A stretch of 64,000 nucleotides of DNA from Candidatus Rokuibacteriota bacterium (lineage in GTDB: Bacteria > Methylomirabilota > Methylomirabilia > Rokubacteriales > CSP1-6), in the NCBI GenBank assembly GCA_016184125.1, contig JACPDG010000037.1:107502-171501 (forward strand), read 5' to 3'. The notes beneath the pieces are model-generated. The model was not told the DNA's origin and did not search any database. It saw nothing but the letters and a program-made list of their open reading frames with translations. The translations under genes were made by a program, and so were the position numbers. This document shows positions 9,360-18,247 of this stretch, piece after piece; position 1 is the stretch's first letter; the number at the start of each line of letters is the position of its first letter.

Positions 9360-10514
9360 ATGCGGCGGGTCGCGGTCATCGGGGTGGGCGTCACGAAGTT
9401 CGGTCGCCACGACCGGTCATCGGGCGAGCTGTTCGCCGAGGCCGCCGTCGAAGCGCTGGCCGACGCGGAGCTCGAGCCGAGCGCGATCCAGGCGCTCTAC
9501 TACGGGAACGTCGTCGGCGGAGAGACCGAGAAGCAGCTCCACTGCGGGCCGCAGGCCGCCTCCATCCTCGGCATCACGGGCGTGCCCACGACGCGCTTCG
9601 AGACGGCGTGCGCCAGCTCGCACGCCGCGTTCCGCCACGCCGTGATGGAGGTCGGCGCGGGGATCAGCGACATCGTGATGGTCGGCGGCGGCGAGCGCGT
9701 CCTGAACGTGCCGACCGAGGACTCCACCGAGTACTTCGCCTACGCCTCCGACGCGATCTGGGAGCAGCCGCTCGGGCTGACGTTCCCGGGCGTCTTCGCG
9801 CTCGTCGCCCGCGCGCACATGCACAAGCACGGGACGACCGAGGAGCAGATGGCGGCCGTCGCGGTGAAGAATCACCGGCACGGCACGCTGAATCCCAAGG
9901 CGCAGTTCCGCAAGGAGATCACGCTCGAGCAGGTCATGACCTCCGCGAAGGTCGCGGACCCGCTCAAGCTCTACGACTGCTGCCCGTTCTCCGACGGCGG
10001 CGCCGCGGTCATCCTCGCGTCCGAGGACGTGGCGCGGTCCCGCAAGCGCGCCGTGTGGGTGCTCGGGTCGTCGGCGGCGTCCGACTGGATGCTGATCGGC
10101 GACAAGCCTGATCTGTCCCGGGTCCTGGCGACCGAGCGCGCGGCGGCGGCGGCGTACCGGCAGGCGGGTCTCGGACCGCAGGACGTCGACGTCGTCGAGC
10201 TCCACGACTGCTTCACGATCGCCGAGATCGTCGCGACCGAGGGCCTCGGACTCTTCGAGCCCGGCATGGGTGGCGTCGCCGCCGAGAAGGGCTGGACGAG
10301 CCTCGGCGGCAAGGTCCCGGTGAACCCGTCCGGAGGTCTGAAGGCGAAGGGACACCCGATCGGCGCGACCGGAGCCGCGCAGGTCGCGGAGATCGTCACG
10401 CAGCTTCGCGGAGAGGCGGGTCCGCGACAGGTCGGTGGGGCGAAGACGGGTCTCGTCCACACGCTCGGCGGAAACACGGCAACCGTAGTCGTGAGCGTGC
10501 TCGGCCGTGAGTGA
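9360..10514 (+). CDS. Thiolase-like protein (SCP-x/nsLTP-type thiolase domain)
   Basis: ATG at 9360 after GGAGGA. Condensing-enzyme fold motifs (CASS active-site Cys, GGGE, HTLGGN at C-terminus). Confidence 0.8.
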   Translation: MRRVAVIGVGVTKFGRHDRSSGELFAEAAVEALADAELEPSAIQALYYGNVVGGETEKQLHCGPQAASILGITGVPTTRFETACASSHAAFRHAVMEVGAGISDIVMVGGGERVLNVPTEDSTEYFAYASDAIWEQPLGLTFPGVFALVARAHMHKHGTTEEQMAAVAVKNHRHGTLNPKAQFRKEITLEQVMTSAKVADPLKLYDCCPFSDGGAAVILASEDVARSRKRAVWVLGSSAASDWMLIGDKPDLSRVLATERAAAAAYRQAGLGPQDVDVVELHDCFTIAEIVATEGLGLFEPGMGGVAAEKGWTSLGGKVPVNPSGGLKAKGHPIGATGAAQVAEIVTQLRGEAGPRQVGGAKTGLVHTLGGNTATVVVSVLGRE

Positions 10515-10890
10515 GGGAGGGGCCGTGACGCTCAAGTCGTTCTTCGAGGGCGCGCGGGATGGTCGCCTGACGGCCGTGCGGTGCACCGCCTGCGGCGGGC
10601 TCGCGATCCCGCCGAAGGAGTTCTGCCCGGCCTGCGGCAAGCGCGGCTGGCAGGCCGCGCCGCTGTCGGGGAGCGGCACGATCGCGAGCTACACCGTCAT
10701 CCGCGTCGCGCCGAGAAAGTTCGCGCCGGAGGCGCCGTACGCGCTGGCCCAGGTGCGCCTGGCCGAGGGCGTGTCGATCCTCGGCAGGATCGTCGACGTC
10801 CCGCTCGACCGACTCGCCATCGGTCTCGCGGTCAAGTTCCACCCGCTGGTCCGCGGCGACCAGACGGGCATCGCGTTCGGCCCCGCCTGA
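10507..10890 (+). CDS. DUF35 Zn-ribbon/OB-fold protein (thiolase partner)
   Basis: C-x2-C...C-x2-C zinc ribbon (CTACGG..CPACG) plus an OB fold. This is the classic thiolase+DUF35 gene pair. The start could instead be the GTG at 10525 after GGGAGGGG. Confidence 0.7.
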   Translation: MSEGGAVTLKSFFEGARDGRLTAVRCTACGGLAIPPKEFCPACGKRGWQAAPLSGSGTIASYTVIRVAPRKFAPEAPYALAQVRLAEGVSILGRIVDVPLDRLAIGLAVKFHPLVRGDQTGIAFGPA

Positions 10891-11000
10891 TCGCTCGGAG
10901 GGGGCTCCGCCTCCCTTCCGAACCTCCCCCGTCGATTGCGGGCTCTCTGATCTCCGCCCCCTCGGTTGCGACGCCGCAGGCCGCCGGATAGGATGGCGGC

Positions 11001-12614
11001 CTGAGCACCATCACCGTCCTCAACATCAATGACGATCCCGCACGGCAGTACGTGATCCGGCGCGTCTTGCAAGCCGCGGGGTTTCACGTCGTCGACGCCG
11101 CGACCGGCCGCGAGGCCCTCGATCGACTCGCCCTCGTGCGGCCCACGGTCGTCGTGCTCGACGTGAAGCTGCCGGACCTCGACGGCTTCGAGGTGTGCCG
11201 GCGGATGAAGGCGAACGCGGCGACGTCGTCCATCCCGGTGCTGATGTTCTCTGCGGTGCTCGTCGAGGACGCCGACAAGATCAAGGGGCTCGAGCACGCC
11301 GACGCCTATCTCGCCGAGCCGGTGCCTCCACCGGTGCTCACCGCGACGGTCCGGGCGCTGGCCCGCATGGCGCAGGCGGAGGCGGAGCGCTCCGAGCTCC
11401 TGGCGAGCCAGCGCATGGAGCGGGCGGCGAGCGCGCTCGTCGACGTGGGACGCCGTCTCATGACGACGTGGGACCGGATCGAGCGCAGCCGGATCATCGT
11501 CTCGGCGCTCGTCGACGTGTACCAGGCGCGGCGCGGCGCACTGCTCACGCTCGACGCGTCCCGGACGGAGCTGCGATGCGCGGCGGCCGCGGGCGAGGAC
11601 GAGGTGACCGCGCTCGTCGGCAAGACGCTCCTCGTGGACGAGGCGCTATCGGGACGTGCGGTGGCTGAGCGACGACCGCGCTGGACGGCCGACATCCTCG
11701 CGGAGCCGGACCTGAAGCTGCCCCGATGGATCCACACGATGTTCCGGACGGGCTGCCGCGCGTGGATCAGCGTGCCGCTCGTCGTGAACGACGACGTCCT
11801 CGGCGCCGTCTCGCTGGGCGACACGACCGGCCGCGTCTTCCGCAAGGACGAGATCCAGCTCCTCGAGGCCTTCGCGGCGCAGGCCGCGCTCGCTCTCCGC
11901 AACGCCAGGCTATGGAACCAGCTCGCCAAGTCCGGTGAGCGACTCGAGGCGCTGTCCCGCCGGCTGCTCGAGGTCCAGGAGGCGGAGCAACGCCGGCTCG
12001 CCCGCGAGCTGCACGACGAGATGGGCGCGGCGATCAGCGCGGTGAAGATGGAGCTCCAGGCGCTCGGGCGCCGCCCGGAGCTCGCCCCGGCGGCGCGCGA
12101 TCTCGATCGGACCGTCACCGCCGTCGACGGGCTGCTCCAGCGCGTCCGTCAGGTGTCGCTGGACCTGCGCCCGTCGCTCCTGGACGACTACGGTCTCGAG
12201 CCGGCGCTCCGCTGGTACGTCGACCGCCAGTCACAGCGTTCGCGGGCGGATATCCGCATCGCGTCCGACGTCGGGGAACTGCGCTTGCCGACCGGGGTCG
12301 AGACCGCGTGTTACCGCGTCGCGCAGGCCGCCATCACGAACGCGCTCCGCCACGCCGCCGCGAACCGGATCACGGTCGAGCTCCGTCTCGCCGGCGACGA
12401 CCTGAAGCTCACCGTCCGGGACGACGGCGCCGGATTCGATGTCGCGGCAGCGCGGGCCCGCGCGCGCCGCGGCGAGAGCCTCGGCCTGCTCGCCATGGAG
12501 GAGCGCGCCGGCCTCGCCGGCGGCACGCTCGAGATCGAATCCGTCGCGGGTCACGGCACGGAGCTGCGCGCCTCGTTTCCCGCGCGGCCCCCACGGCCGG
12601 CGACGCCCCGATGA
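11001..12614 (+). CDS. Hybrid sensor: REC + GAF + HisKA_3/HATPase_c histidine kinase
   Basis: REC (DD...K), GAF, and a NarX-type kinase core (ELHDEMG, HATPase). No ATG or GTG precedes REC strand beta1 (ITVLNINDDP). The only in-frame candidates are CTG at 11001 and GTG at 11052, which would truncate REC. The start is therefore uncertain. Confidence 0.7.
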   Translation: MSTITVLNINDDPARQYVIRRVLQAAGFHVVDAATGREALDRLALVRPTVVVLDVKLPDLDGFEVCRRMKANAATSSIPVLMFSAVLVEDADKIKGLEHADAYLAEPVPPPVLTATVRALARMAQAEAERSELLASQRMERAASALVDVGRRLMTTWDRIERSRIIVSALVDVYQARRGALLTLDASRTELRCAAAAGEDEVTALVGKTLLVDEALSGRAVAERRPRWTADILAEPDLKLPRWIHTMFRTGCRAWISVPLVVNDDVLGAVSLGDTTGRVFRKDEIQLLEAFAAQAALALRNARLWNQLAKSGERLEALSRRLLEVQEAEQRRLARELHDEMGAAISAVKMELQALGRRPELAPAARDLDRTVTAVDGLLQRVRQVSLDLRPSLLDDYGLEPALRWYVDRQSQRSRADIRIASDVGELRLPTGVETACYRVAQAAITNALRHAAANRITVELRLAGDDLKLTVRDDGAGFDVAAARARARRGESLGLLAMEERAGLAGGTLEIESVAGHGTELRASFPARPPRPATPR

Positions 12615-13261
12615 CCGTCCGCGCGCTCCTCGCGGACGACCACGCCCTGTTCCGCGCCGGGTTGCGGAAGCTGCTCGAGACCTTCGAGGGCGTCGAGATC
12701 GCAGGCGAGGCCGCCGACGGCCACGAGGCGCTGGAGCTGGTCGAGCGGTACCGCCCGCATCTGCTGATCCTCGACATCGCGATGCCCGGGCTGAACGGCA
12801 TCGAGGTGACGGCGCGCGTCGTGCGCGAGCATCCGAGCACGCGCGTCATCGTCCTCTCCATGCACTCCGCCGAGGAATATGTCCTCCGCGCGATCCGCGC
12901 GGGCGCCGACGGATACGTCCTCAAGGACGCGACGCCCGCGGAGCTCGAGGAGGCGATCCGGACGGTCAGCCGCGGGCACACGTACCTGCACCCGGCCGTC
13001 TCGAGACACGTCGTGGAGGACTACGTCCGGCGGGTGTCGCGCGAGGCGGACCCGGTGGAGCGCCTGACGCCGCGACAGCGCGAAGTGCTCCAGCTCATCG
13101 CCGAGGGGCACACGACGAAGGGCATCGCGCAGAAGCTCGGCCTGAGCGTCAAGACCGTCGAGAGCCACCGCGCGCAGCTCATGGAACGTCTGGAGATCCA
13201 CGACGTCCCGGGTCTCGTCCGCTTCGCGATCCGGTGCGGGCTGATCAAGCCCGAGGATTGA
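12611..13261 (+). CDS. LuxR/NarL-family response regulator
   Basis: REC domain plus a C-terminal LuxR HTH (LTPRQREVLQLIAEGHTTKGIAQKLGLSVKTVESHR). Its ATG overlaps the kinase stop as ATGA. Confidence 0.85.
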   Translation: MTVRALLADDHALFRAGLRKLLETFEGVEIAGEAADGHEALELVERYRPHLLILDIAMPGLNGIEVTARVVREHPSTRVIVLSMHSAEEYVLRAIRAGADGYVLKDATPAELEEAIRTVSRGHTYLHPAVSRHVVEDYVRRVSREADPVERLTPRQREVLQLIAEGHTTKGIAQKLGLSVKTVESHRAQLMERLEIHDVPGLVRFAIRCGLIKPED

Positions 13262-13263
13262 CC

Positions 13264-13385
13264 TCATGGGGGGGCCCGACATGGCCCCCGGCTCGAATCG
13301 GGGAATCCCTGATGCCCACCTCGGGGACCTCCACGCTCCGACTGGGGGATCGCCCGGATTGGCAGCAGGGCGCCGGAGCGCGAGG
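13264..13385. repeat. Hairpin repeat family, degenerate copy B
   Basis: CATGGGGGGGCCCGACATGGCCCCC head, 2 nt after the LuxR regulator stop. Confidence 0.6.
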
Positions 13386-13432
13386 CTGACGACGGTATAC
13401 GCCTTGCCCCACCGCACGTTGAGGAGGCCCTG

Positions 13433-14296
13433 ATGCCCACGGACCCGTGGCTCGCGCACATCGTGTCGAAGTTCGAGAGCGAGATCCTGGCCGACTGGAT
13501 CCAGCACCAGCTCGCCGCCGACACGCTCCGTCGCGACCTGATGTCGGAGGCGGAGCTGGTGGAGCAGTCCCGTGCCTTTCTCGGGCTCCTCCGCGAGGCG
13601 GTCCAGAAGGGCAACCTCGCGGACACGACGGGGCCGGAGTGGACCCCGGTGCGCGAGATGCTCGCCTGCGTCTCGCGGGCGCGCGCCAAGCAGGGGTTCA
13701 CCGCCAGCGAGACGGCGACGTTCGTGTTCTCGCTGAAGCAGCCGCTCTTCGCCCGGCTGCGGGGCGAGGTGGGCACGGACGTGGACGCCCTCGGCGATGC
13801 GGTGTGGCGAACGACCGTGCTGCTGGACAAGCTCGGCCTCTACACCGCCGAGAGCTATCAGAAGGGCCGCGAGGAGGTCATCGCGCGGCAGCAGCAGGAG
13901 ATGATGGAGCTCTCGACCCCGGTCGTGAAGCTGTGGGAGGGCATCCTGGCCCTGCCGCTGATCGGCACCCTCGACAGCGCGCGGACGCAGATCGTCATGG
14001 AGAACCTCCTCGAGCGCATCGTGGAGACCGGAGCGTCGATCGCCATCATCGACATCACCGGTGTCCCGACCGTCGACACGCTGGTCGCGCAGCACTTGCT
14101 CAAGACCGTCGCGGCCGCGCGGCTGATGGGCGCCGACTGCATCATCAGCGGCATCCGGCCGCAGATCGCGCAGACGATCGTCCACCTCGGCGTCGAGCTC
14201 ACGAACGTGATCACCAAGGCGACCCTCGCGGACGCCTTCACCGTCGCGCTCGAGCGCACCGGGGCGACGATCGCGCCCCGCAGCGGCCATGTTTGA
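13433..14296 (+). CDS. RsbR-like stressosome sensor (N-terminal globin-like domain + STAS)
   Basis: 287 aa. The C-terminal STAS domain carries the conserved Thr-rich ITGVPTVDT region. Confidence 0.8.
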   Translation: MPTDPWLAHIVSKFESEILADWIQHQLAADTLRRDLMSEAELVEQSRAFLGLLREAVQKGNLADTTGPEWTPVREMLACVSRARAKQGFTASETATFVFSLKQPLFARLRGEVGTDVDALGDAVWRTTVLLDKLGLYTAESYQKGREEVIARQQQEMMELSTPVVKLWEGILALPLIGTLDSARTQIVMENLLERIVETGASIAIIDITGVPTVDTLVAQHLLKTVAAARLMGADCIISGIRPQIAQTIVHLGVELTNVITKATLADAFTVALERTGATIAPRSGHV

Positions 14297-14714
14297 ATCG
14301 GGGTCGAGCGTCGAGCGGATCCCCATCCTGAAGATGGGGAGCTACCTGCTGGTCACCATCCAGGTCGACATGCACGACCGCCTCGCGACGTCGCTGCAGG
14401 ACGACCTCACGGCACGGATCGTCGAGACGCGTGCCCGCGGCGTCCTCATCGACATCTCCTCGCTCGAGGTCGTCGACTCGTTCATCGGGCGGATGCTGGG
14501 CAACATCGCCGCGATGGCCAGGGTGCTCGATGCGGAGACCGTCGTCGTCGGGATGCGACCGGCCGTCGCGATCACCCTCGTGGAGCTCGGGCTCTCCCTG
14601 CCCGGCGTGCGGACGGCGCTCAACGTCGACAAGGGCATGGAGCTGCTGCGCGGGTCGGTCGAGCGAGTGGCGAAGGTGAACAGCCGTGGCCGTCGTCAAG
14701 CACGAGACGCGTGA
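14289..14714 (+). CDS. RsbS-like STAS-domain stressosome scaffold
   Basis: 141 aa single STAS domain (VLIDISSLEVVDS) immediately downstream of the RsbR-like gene. Confidence 0.8.
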   Translation: MFESGSSVERIPILKMGSYLLVTIQVDMHDRLATSLQDDLTARIVETRARGVLIDISSLEVVDSFIGRMLGNIAAMARVLDAETVVVGMRPAVAITLVELGLSLPGVRTALNVDKGMELLRGSVERVAKVNSRGRRQARDA

Positions 14715-15090
14715 GATACGGAGCGCGGAGGACATCGTGCTCGTCCGCCAGGCGGTCCGCGCCTGGGCCATCGAGCTCGGGTTCCGTCTCGTCGACCAGA
14801 CGAAGCTCGTCACGGCCGCCAGCGAGCTCGCGCGCAACATCGTCGACTACGGCGGCGGCGGCACCGTGGTGATCGAGGCGCTCAACGACGCCGAGCGCCG
14901 CGGCCTGCGCCTGCGCTTCGAGGACCACGGCCCGGGCATCGAGGACGTGGACACCGCGCTGCGCGACGGCTACACCACGGGCGGCGGTCTCGGCCTCGGG
15001 CTCGGCGGCGCGCGGCGCCTCGTGAACGAGTTCGAGATCGTGTCCGCGCCGGGCCGGGGCACCCGCGTCACGATCACCCGGTGGCGATGA
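14686..15090 (+). CDS. RsbT-like serine kinase (HATPase_c, anti-sigma regulatory factor family)
   Basis: GTG start. Single GHKL ATPase domain (ELARNIV.YGGGG, DHGPGI). Confidence 0.8.
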   Translation: MAVVKHETREIRSAEDIVLVRQAVRAWAIELGFRLVDQTKLVTAASELARNIVDYGGGGTVVIEALNDAERRGLRLRFEDHGPGIEDVDTALRDGYTTGGGLGLGLGGARRLVNEFEIVSAPGRGTRVTITRWR

Positions 15091-16109
15091 CGGCGTCCCT
15101 CGCGCTGCCCATCGCGGATACCTCGCAGGTCGGCGAGGCCCGGCGCCTCGCGACGACCCTGGCGCGCCGCGTGGAGTTCGACGACACGGACGCCGGGCGC
15201 GTCTCGCTCGCCGTCACCGAGGCGGCCACCAACCTGGTCAAGCACGCCCGCGGCGGCGAGATCCTCATGCGGGCGCTGTCCGTCCAGGAAGGCGGCGGGA
15301 TCGAGATCCTGGCGCTCGACGCCGGCGCGGGGATCCGCGACGTCGCGGCGTGCCTGCGCGACGGCTACTCGACCGCCGGCAGTCCAGGGACCGGACTCGG
15401 CGCGTTGATGCGACTGGCTTCCGTCTTCGACCTCTACTCGCTGCCCGGCCGTGGCACCGCGGTGCTCGCCCGCATCGTACGCACGCCGGGACCACGGCCG
15501 GCGGCCGGCTCGCCGATCGAGTTCGGTGTCGTGTGCGTGCCCAAGCCCGGTGAGGAGCGCTCGGGCGACGCGTGGGCCGTCGAGCCGCACGCGGGGGGCG
15601 CCGCGATCCTGATGTCCGATGGACTCGGCCACGGCCCCGACGCCGCGTCCGCGTCTGCCGTGGCGATTGCCAGGTTCCGGTCGCTCGGCTCGTCCGCGCC
15701 GGCCGCGGCCCTGTCCGTGATTCACGAAGCCATGCGGCCCACGCGGGGTGCCGCGGTCACGGTCACCGAGATCGACGTGAGCCAGCAGCTCGTCCGACAT
15801 GCCGGCATCGGCAACATCGCCGGTAGCGTGATCACGCCGTCCGCGGTGCGGCGCATGGTGTCGCACAACGGCATCGCGGGCCACGAGGCCCGCCGCATCG
15901 GCGAGTTCACCTACCCGTGGAGCGACGACGCGGTGCTCGTGCTGCACTCGGACGGTCTCAACACGCACTGGGACCTCGACCGGTACCCGGGCCTCACCGC
16001 GCGACGCCCGAGCCTCGTGGCCGGCGTGCTCTACCGTGACTTCCGGCGCCGCCGTGACGACGTCGCGGTCCTCGTCGTGCGCGGACGACGCGCGGGAGGG
16101 GCCCGGTGA
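15081..16109 (+). CDS. RsbT-like kinase domain fused to PP2C (SpoIIE-type) phosphatase
   Basis: N-terminal GHKL domain paralogous to the RsbT-like protein. The C-terminus carries PP2C motifs (GDAWAV, ILMSDGLGHG, HSDGL). Confidence 0.75.
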   Translation: MAMTASLALPIADTSQVGEARRLATTLARRVEFDDTDAGRVSLAVTEAATNLVKHARGGEILMRALSVQEGGGIEILALDAGAGIRDVAACLRDGYSTAGSPGTGLGALMRLASVFDLYSLPGRGTAVLARIVRTPGPRPAAGSPIEFGVVCVPKPGEERSGDAWAVEPHAGGAAILMSDGLGHGPDAASASAVAIARFRSLGSSAPAAALSVIHEAMRPTRGAAVTVTEIDVSQQLVRHAGIGNIAGSVITPSAVRRMVSHNGIAGHEARRIGEFTYPWSDDAVLVLHSDGLNTHWDLDRYPGLTARRPSLVAGVLYRDFRRRRDDVAVLVVRGRRAGGAR

Positions 16110-18247
16110 GCTGGTCGCTCCTGACCCTCGACGTGACGTACGAGCACGACGTCGTCGCCGCCCGGCAGCGCGCCCGGCAGATCACGGCGTTGCTCGGCTT
16201 CGACGTCCAGGACCAGACGCGCGTCGCGACCGCGGTGTCCGAGATCGCGCGCAACGCCTTCCGCTACGCGGGCGGCGGCAAGGTCGAATTCGTCGTCGAG
16301 GGACGCACCGCACCCCAGCTCCTGCTCGTCAGGATCAGCGACCACGGGCCCGGCATCCGCGACCTGGAACGCGTGCTCGACGGCAGCTACCGATCGGCGA
16401 CCGGCATGGGGCTCGGCATCGTGGGCGCGCGGCGACTGATGGACCGGTTCGACATCGAGACGGAGCCGGCGCGCGGGACCACCGTCTGGCTGCGGAAGAT
16501 CTTCCCGGCGCGCCAGAGCGTGGTCGCGGCGGGCGAGCTCGCCGAGGTGTCCACGGCCCTCGGCCGGCAGCGGCCCGAGACGCCGCTCGAGGAGGTCCAG
16601 CGCCAGAGCCAGGAGCTGTTGCGGACGCTGGAGGAGCTCCAGCGCCGGCAGGAAGAGCTGACCCGGCTCAACCAGGAGCTGGCCGACACCAACCGCGGCG
16701 TCGTCGCGCTCTACGCCGAGCTCGACGAAAAGGCCGATCATCTGCGGCGCGCCGACGAGATGAAGTCCCGGTTCCTCTCGAACATGAGCCACGAGTTCCG
16801 GACGCCGCTGAACTCGATCCTGGCGCTCTCGCGGCTCCTGCTCGAGTTCACCGACGGGCCGCTGACCGACGCGCAGAAGACGCAGGTCGGCTACATCAGG
16901 AAGGCGGCCTCCGACCTCTCGGACCTCGTGAACGACCTCCTCGACCTCGCGAAGGTCGAGGCGGGCAAGGTCATCGTCCGGCCGGTCGAGTTCGAGGTCA
17001 CGAATCTCTTCGGCGCGCTCCGCGGAATGCTGCGGCCCCTGCTCGTGACGGAGGCCGTCGCGCTGGTCTTCGAGGAGCCGGAGGCGATGCCGCCGCTCTT
17101 CACCGACGAGGCGAAGGTCTCGCAAATCCTCAGGAACTTCATCTCGAACGCGCTCAAGTTCACGGAGCGTGGCGAGGTGCGGGTGTCGGCGACGCTCGAC
17201 CCCGGCGGCGATGCCGTCGTCTTCTCCGTCGCGGACAGCGGTATCGGCATCGCCCCCGAGGACCAGGAGCGCATCTTCGAGGAGTTCTCGCAGCTCGACC
17301 ACCCCATCCAGAAGCGCGTCAAGGGCACGGGCCTGGGTCTGCCGCTCACGAAGAAGCTCGCCGCCCTGCTGGGCGGCACCGTGTGGGTGACGAGCACGCC
17401 CGGCGCCGGGTCGACCTTCTCCGTCGTCATCCCGCGGCACGACGTCGAGCCGGCGCCGCTGCTCGGCCCGCACGATCGCGCGGTCGAGCCCGGGCGCCTG
17501 CCGGTCCTCGTGGTCGAGGATCGCGCGGAGGACGCGCTGGTCTACGAGGGGTTCCTGCGCGCCTCCCGGTTCCAGCCGATCCACGCGCGCTCGCTGCGCG
17601 AGGCGCGACACGTCCTCGCCACCGTGCGCCCGCGCGTGATCATCCTGGACATCCTGCTGCGTGGCGAGAACGCCCGGGGGTTCCTGGCGACGCTCGAGCG
17701 GGACGAGCGGACCCGCGCGATTCCGATCATCGTCGCGACGACGGTCGAGGATCAGCAGAAGGGACTGGCCCTCGGCGCGAACGCCTACGGGGTGAAACCG
17801 ATCACCCGCGAATGGCTCCTCGACGCCCTCGCGATGGTGAGCGGCACCGTCCGCCCCTGCCGCGTCCTCGTCGTCGACGACGACGAGATCTCGCGGTACC
17901 TGCTGCGAAGCGTCCTCGCCGAGGCGCGGTGCACCGTCCACGAGGCGGCGAACGGCCAGGACGGCCTCGAGCGCGCCATCGACAAGCGGCCGGACGTGAT
18001 CTTCCTCGACCTCATCATGCCGGACGTCACCGGGTTCGAGGTCCTCGAGCGCTTGAAGGCCGAGCCGCGGACGCGGGACATTCCGGTGATCGTCTTCACG
18101 TCGAAGCCGCTCGCCGGTGACGAGCGCGCCTGGCTCGAGGAACGGGCCGTGGCGGTGCTGTCCAAGGAGGCCGCGTCACGCCAGGCGGGCAGCGAGGTGC
18201 TCGATGCGCTCGGGCTCGCCGCCCTCGCGTCAGGAGGCGCGTCGTGA
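16106..18247 (+). CDS. Hybrid histidine kinase: RsbT-like GHKL domain + coiled coil + HisKA/HATPase_c + 2 REC
   Basis: N-terminal domain paralogous to RsbT. H-box SHEFRTPLN, HATPase G-boxes, then two receiver domains. Confidence 0.85.
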   Translation: MSWSLLTLDVTYEHDVVAARQRARQITALLGFDVQDQTRVATAVSEIARNAFRYAGGGKVEFVVEGRTAPQLLLVRISDHGPGIRDLERVLDGSYRSATGMGLGIVGARRLMDRFDIETEPARGTTVWLRKIFPARQSVVAAGELAEVSTALGRQRPETPLEEVQRQSQELLRTLEELQRRQEELTRLNQELADTNRGVVALYAELDEKADHLRRADEMKSRFLSNMSHEFRTPLNSILALSRLLLEFTDGPLTDAQKTQVGYIRKAASDLSDLVNDLLDLAKVEAGKVIVRPVEFEVTNLFGALRGMLRPLLVTEAVALVFEEPEAMPPLFTDEAKVSQILRNFISNALKFTERGEVRVSATLDPGGDAVVFSVADSGIGIAPEDQERIFEEFSQLDHPIQKRVKGTGLGLPLTKKLAALLGGTVWVTSTPGAGSTFSVVIPRHDVEPAPLLGPHDRAVEPGRLPVLVVEDRAEDALVYEGFLRASRFQPIHARSLREARHVLATVRPRVIILDILLRGENARGFLATLERDERTRAIPIIVATTVEDQQKGLALGANAYGVKPITREWLLDALAMVSGTVRPCRVLVVDDDEISRYLLRSVLAEARCTVHEAANGQDGLERAIDKRPDVIFLDLIMPDVTGFEVLERLKAEPRTRDIPVIVFTSKPLAGDERAWLEERAVAVLSKEAASRQAGSEVLDALGLAALASGGAS

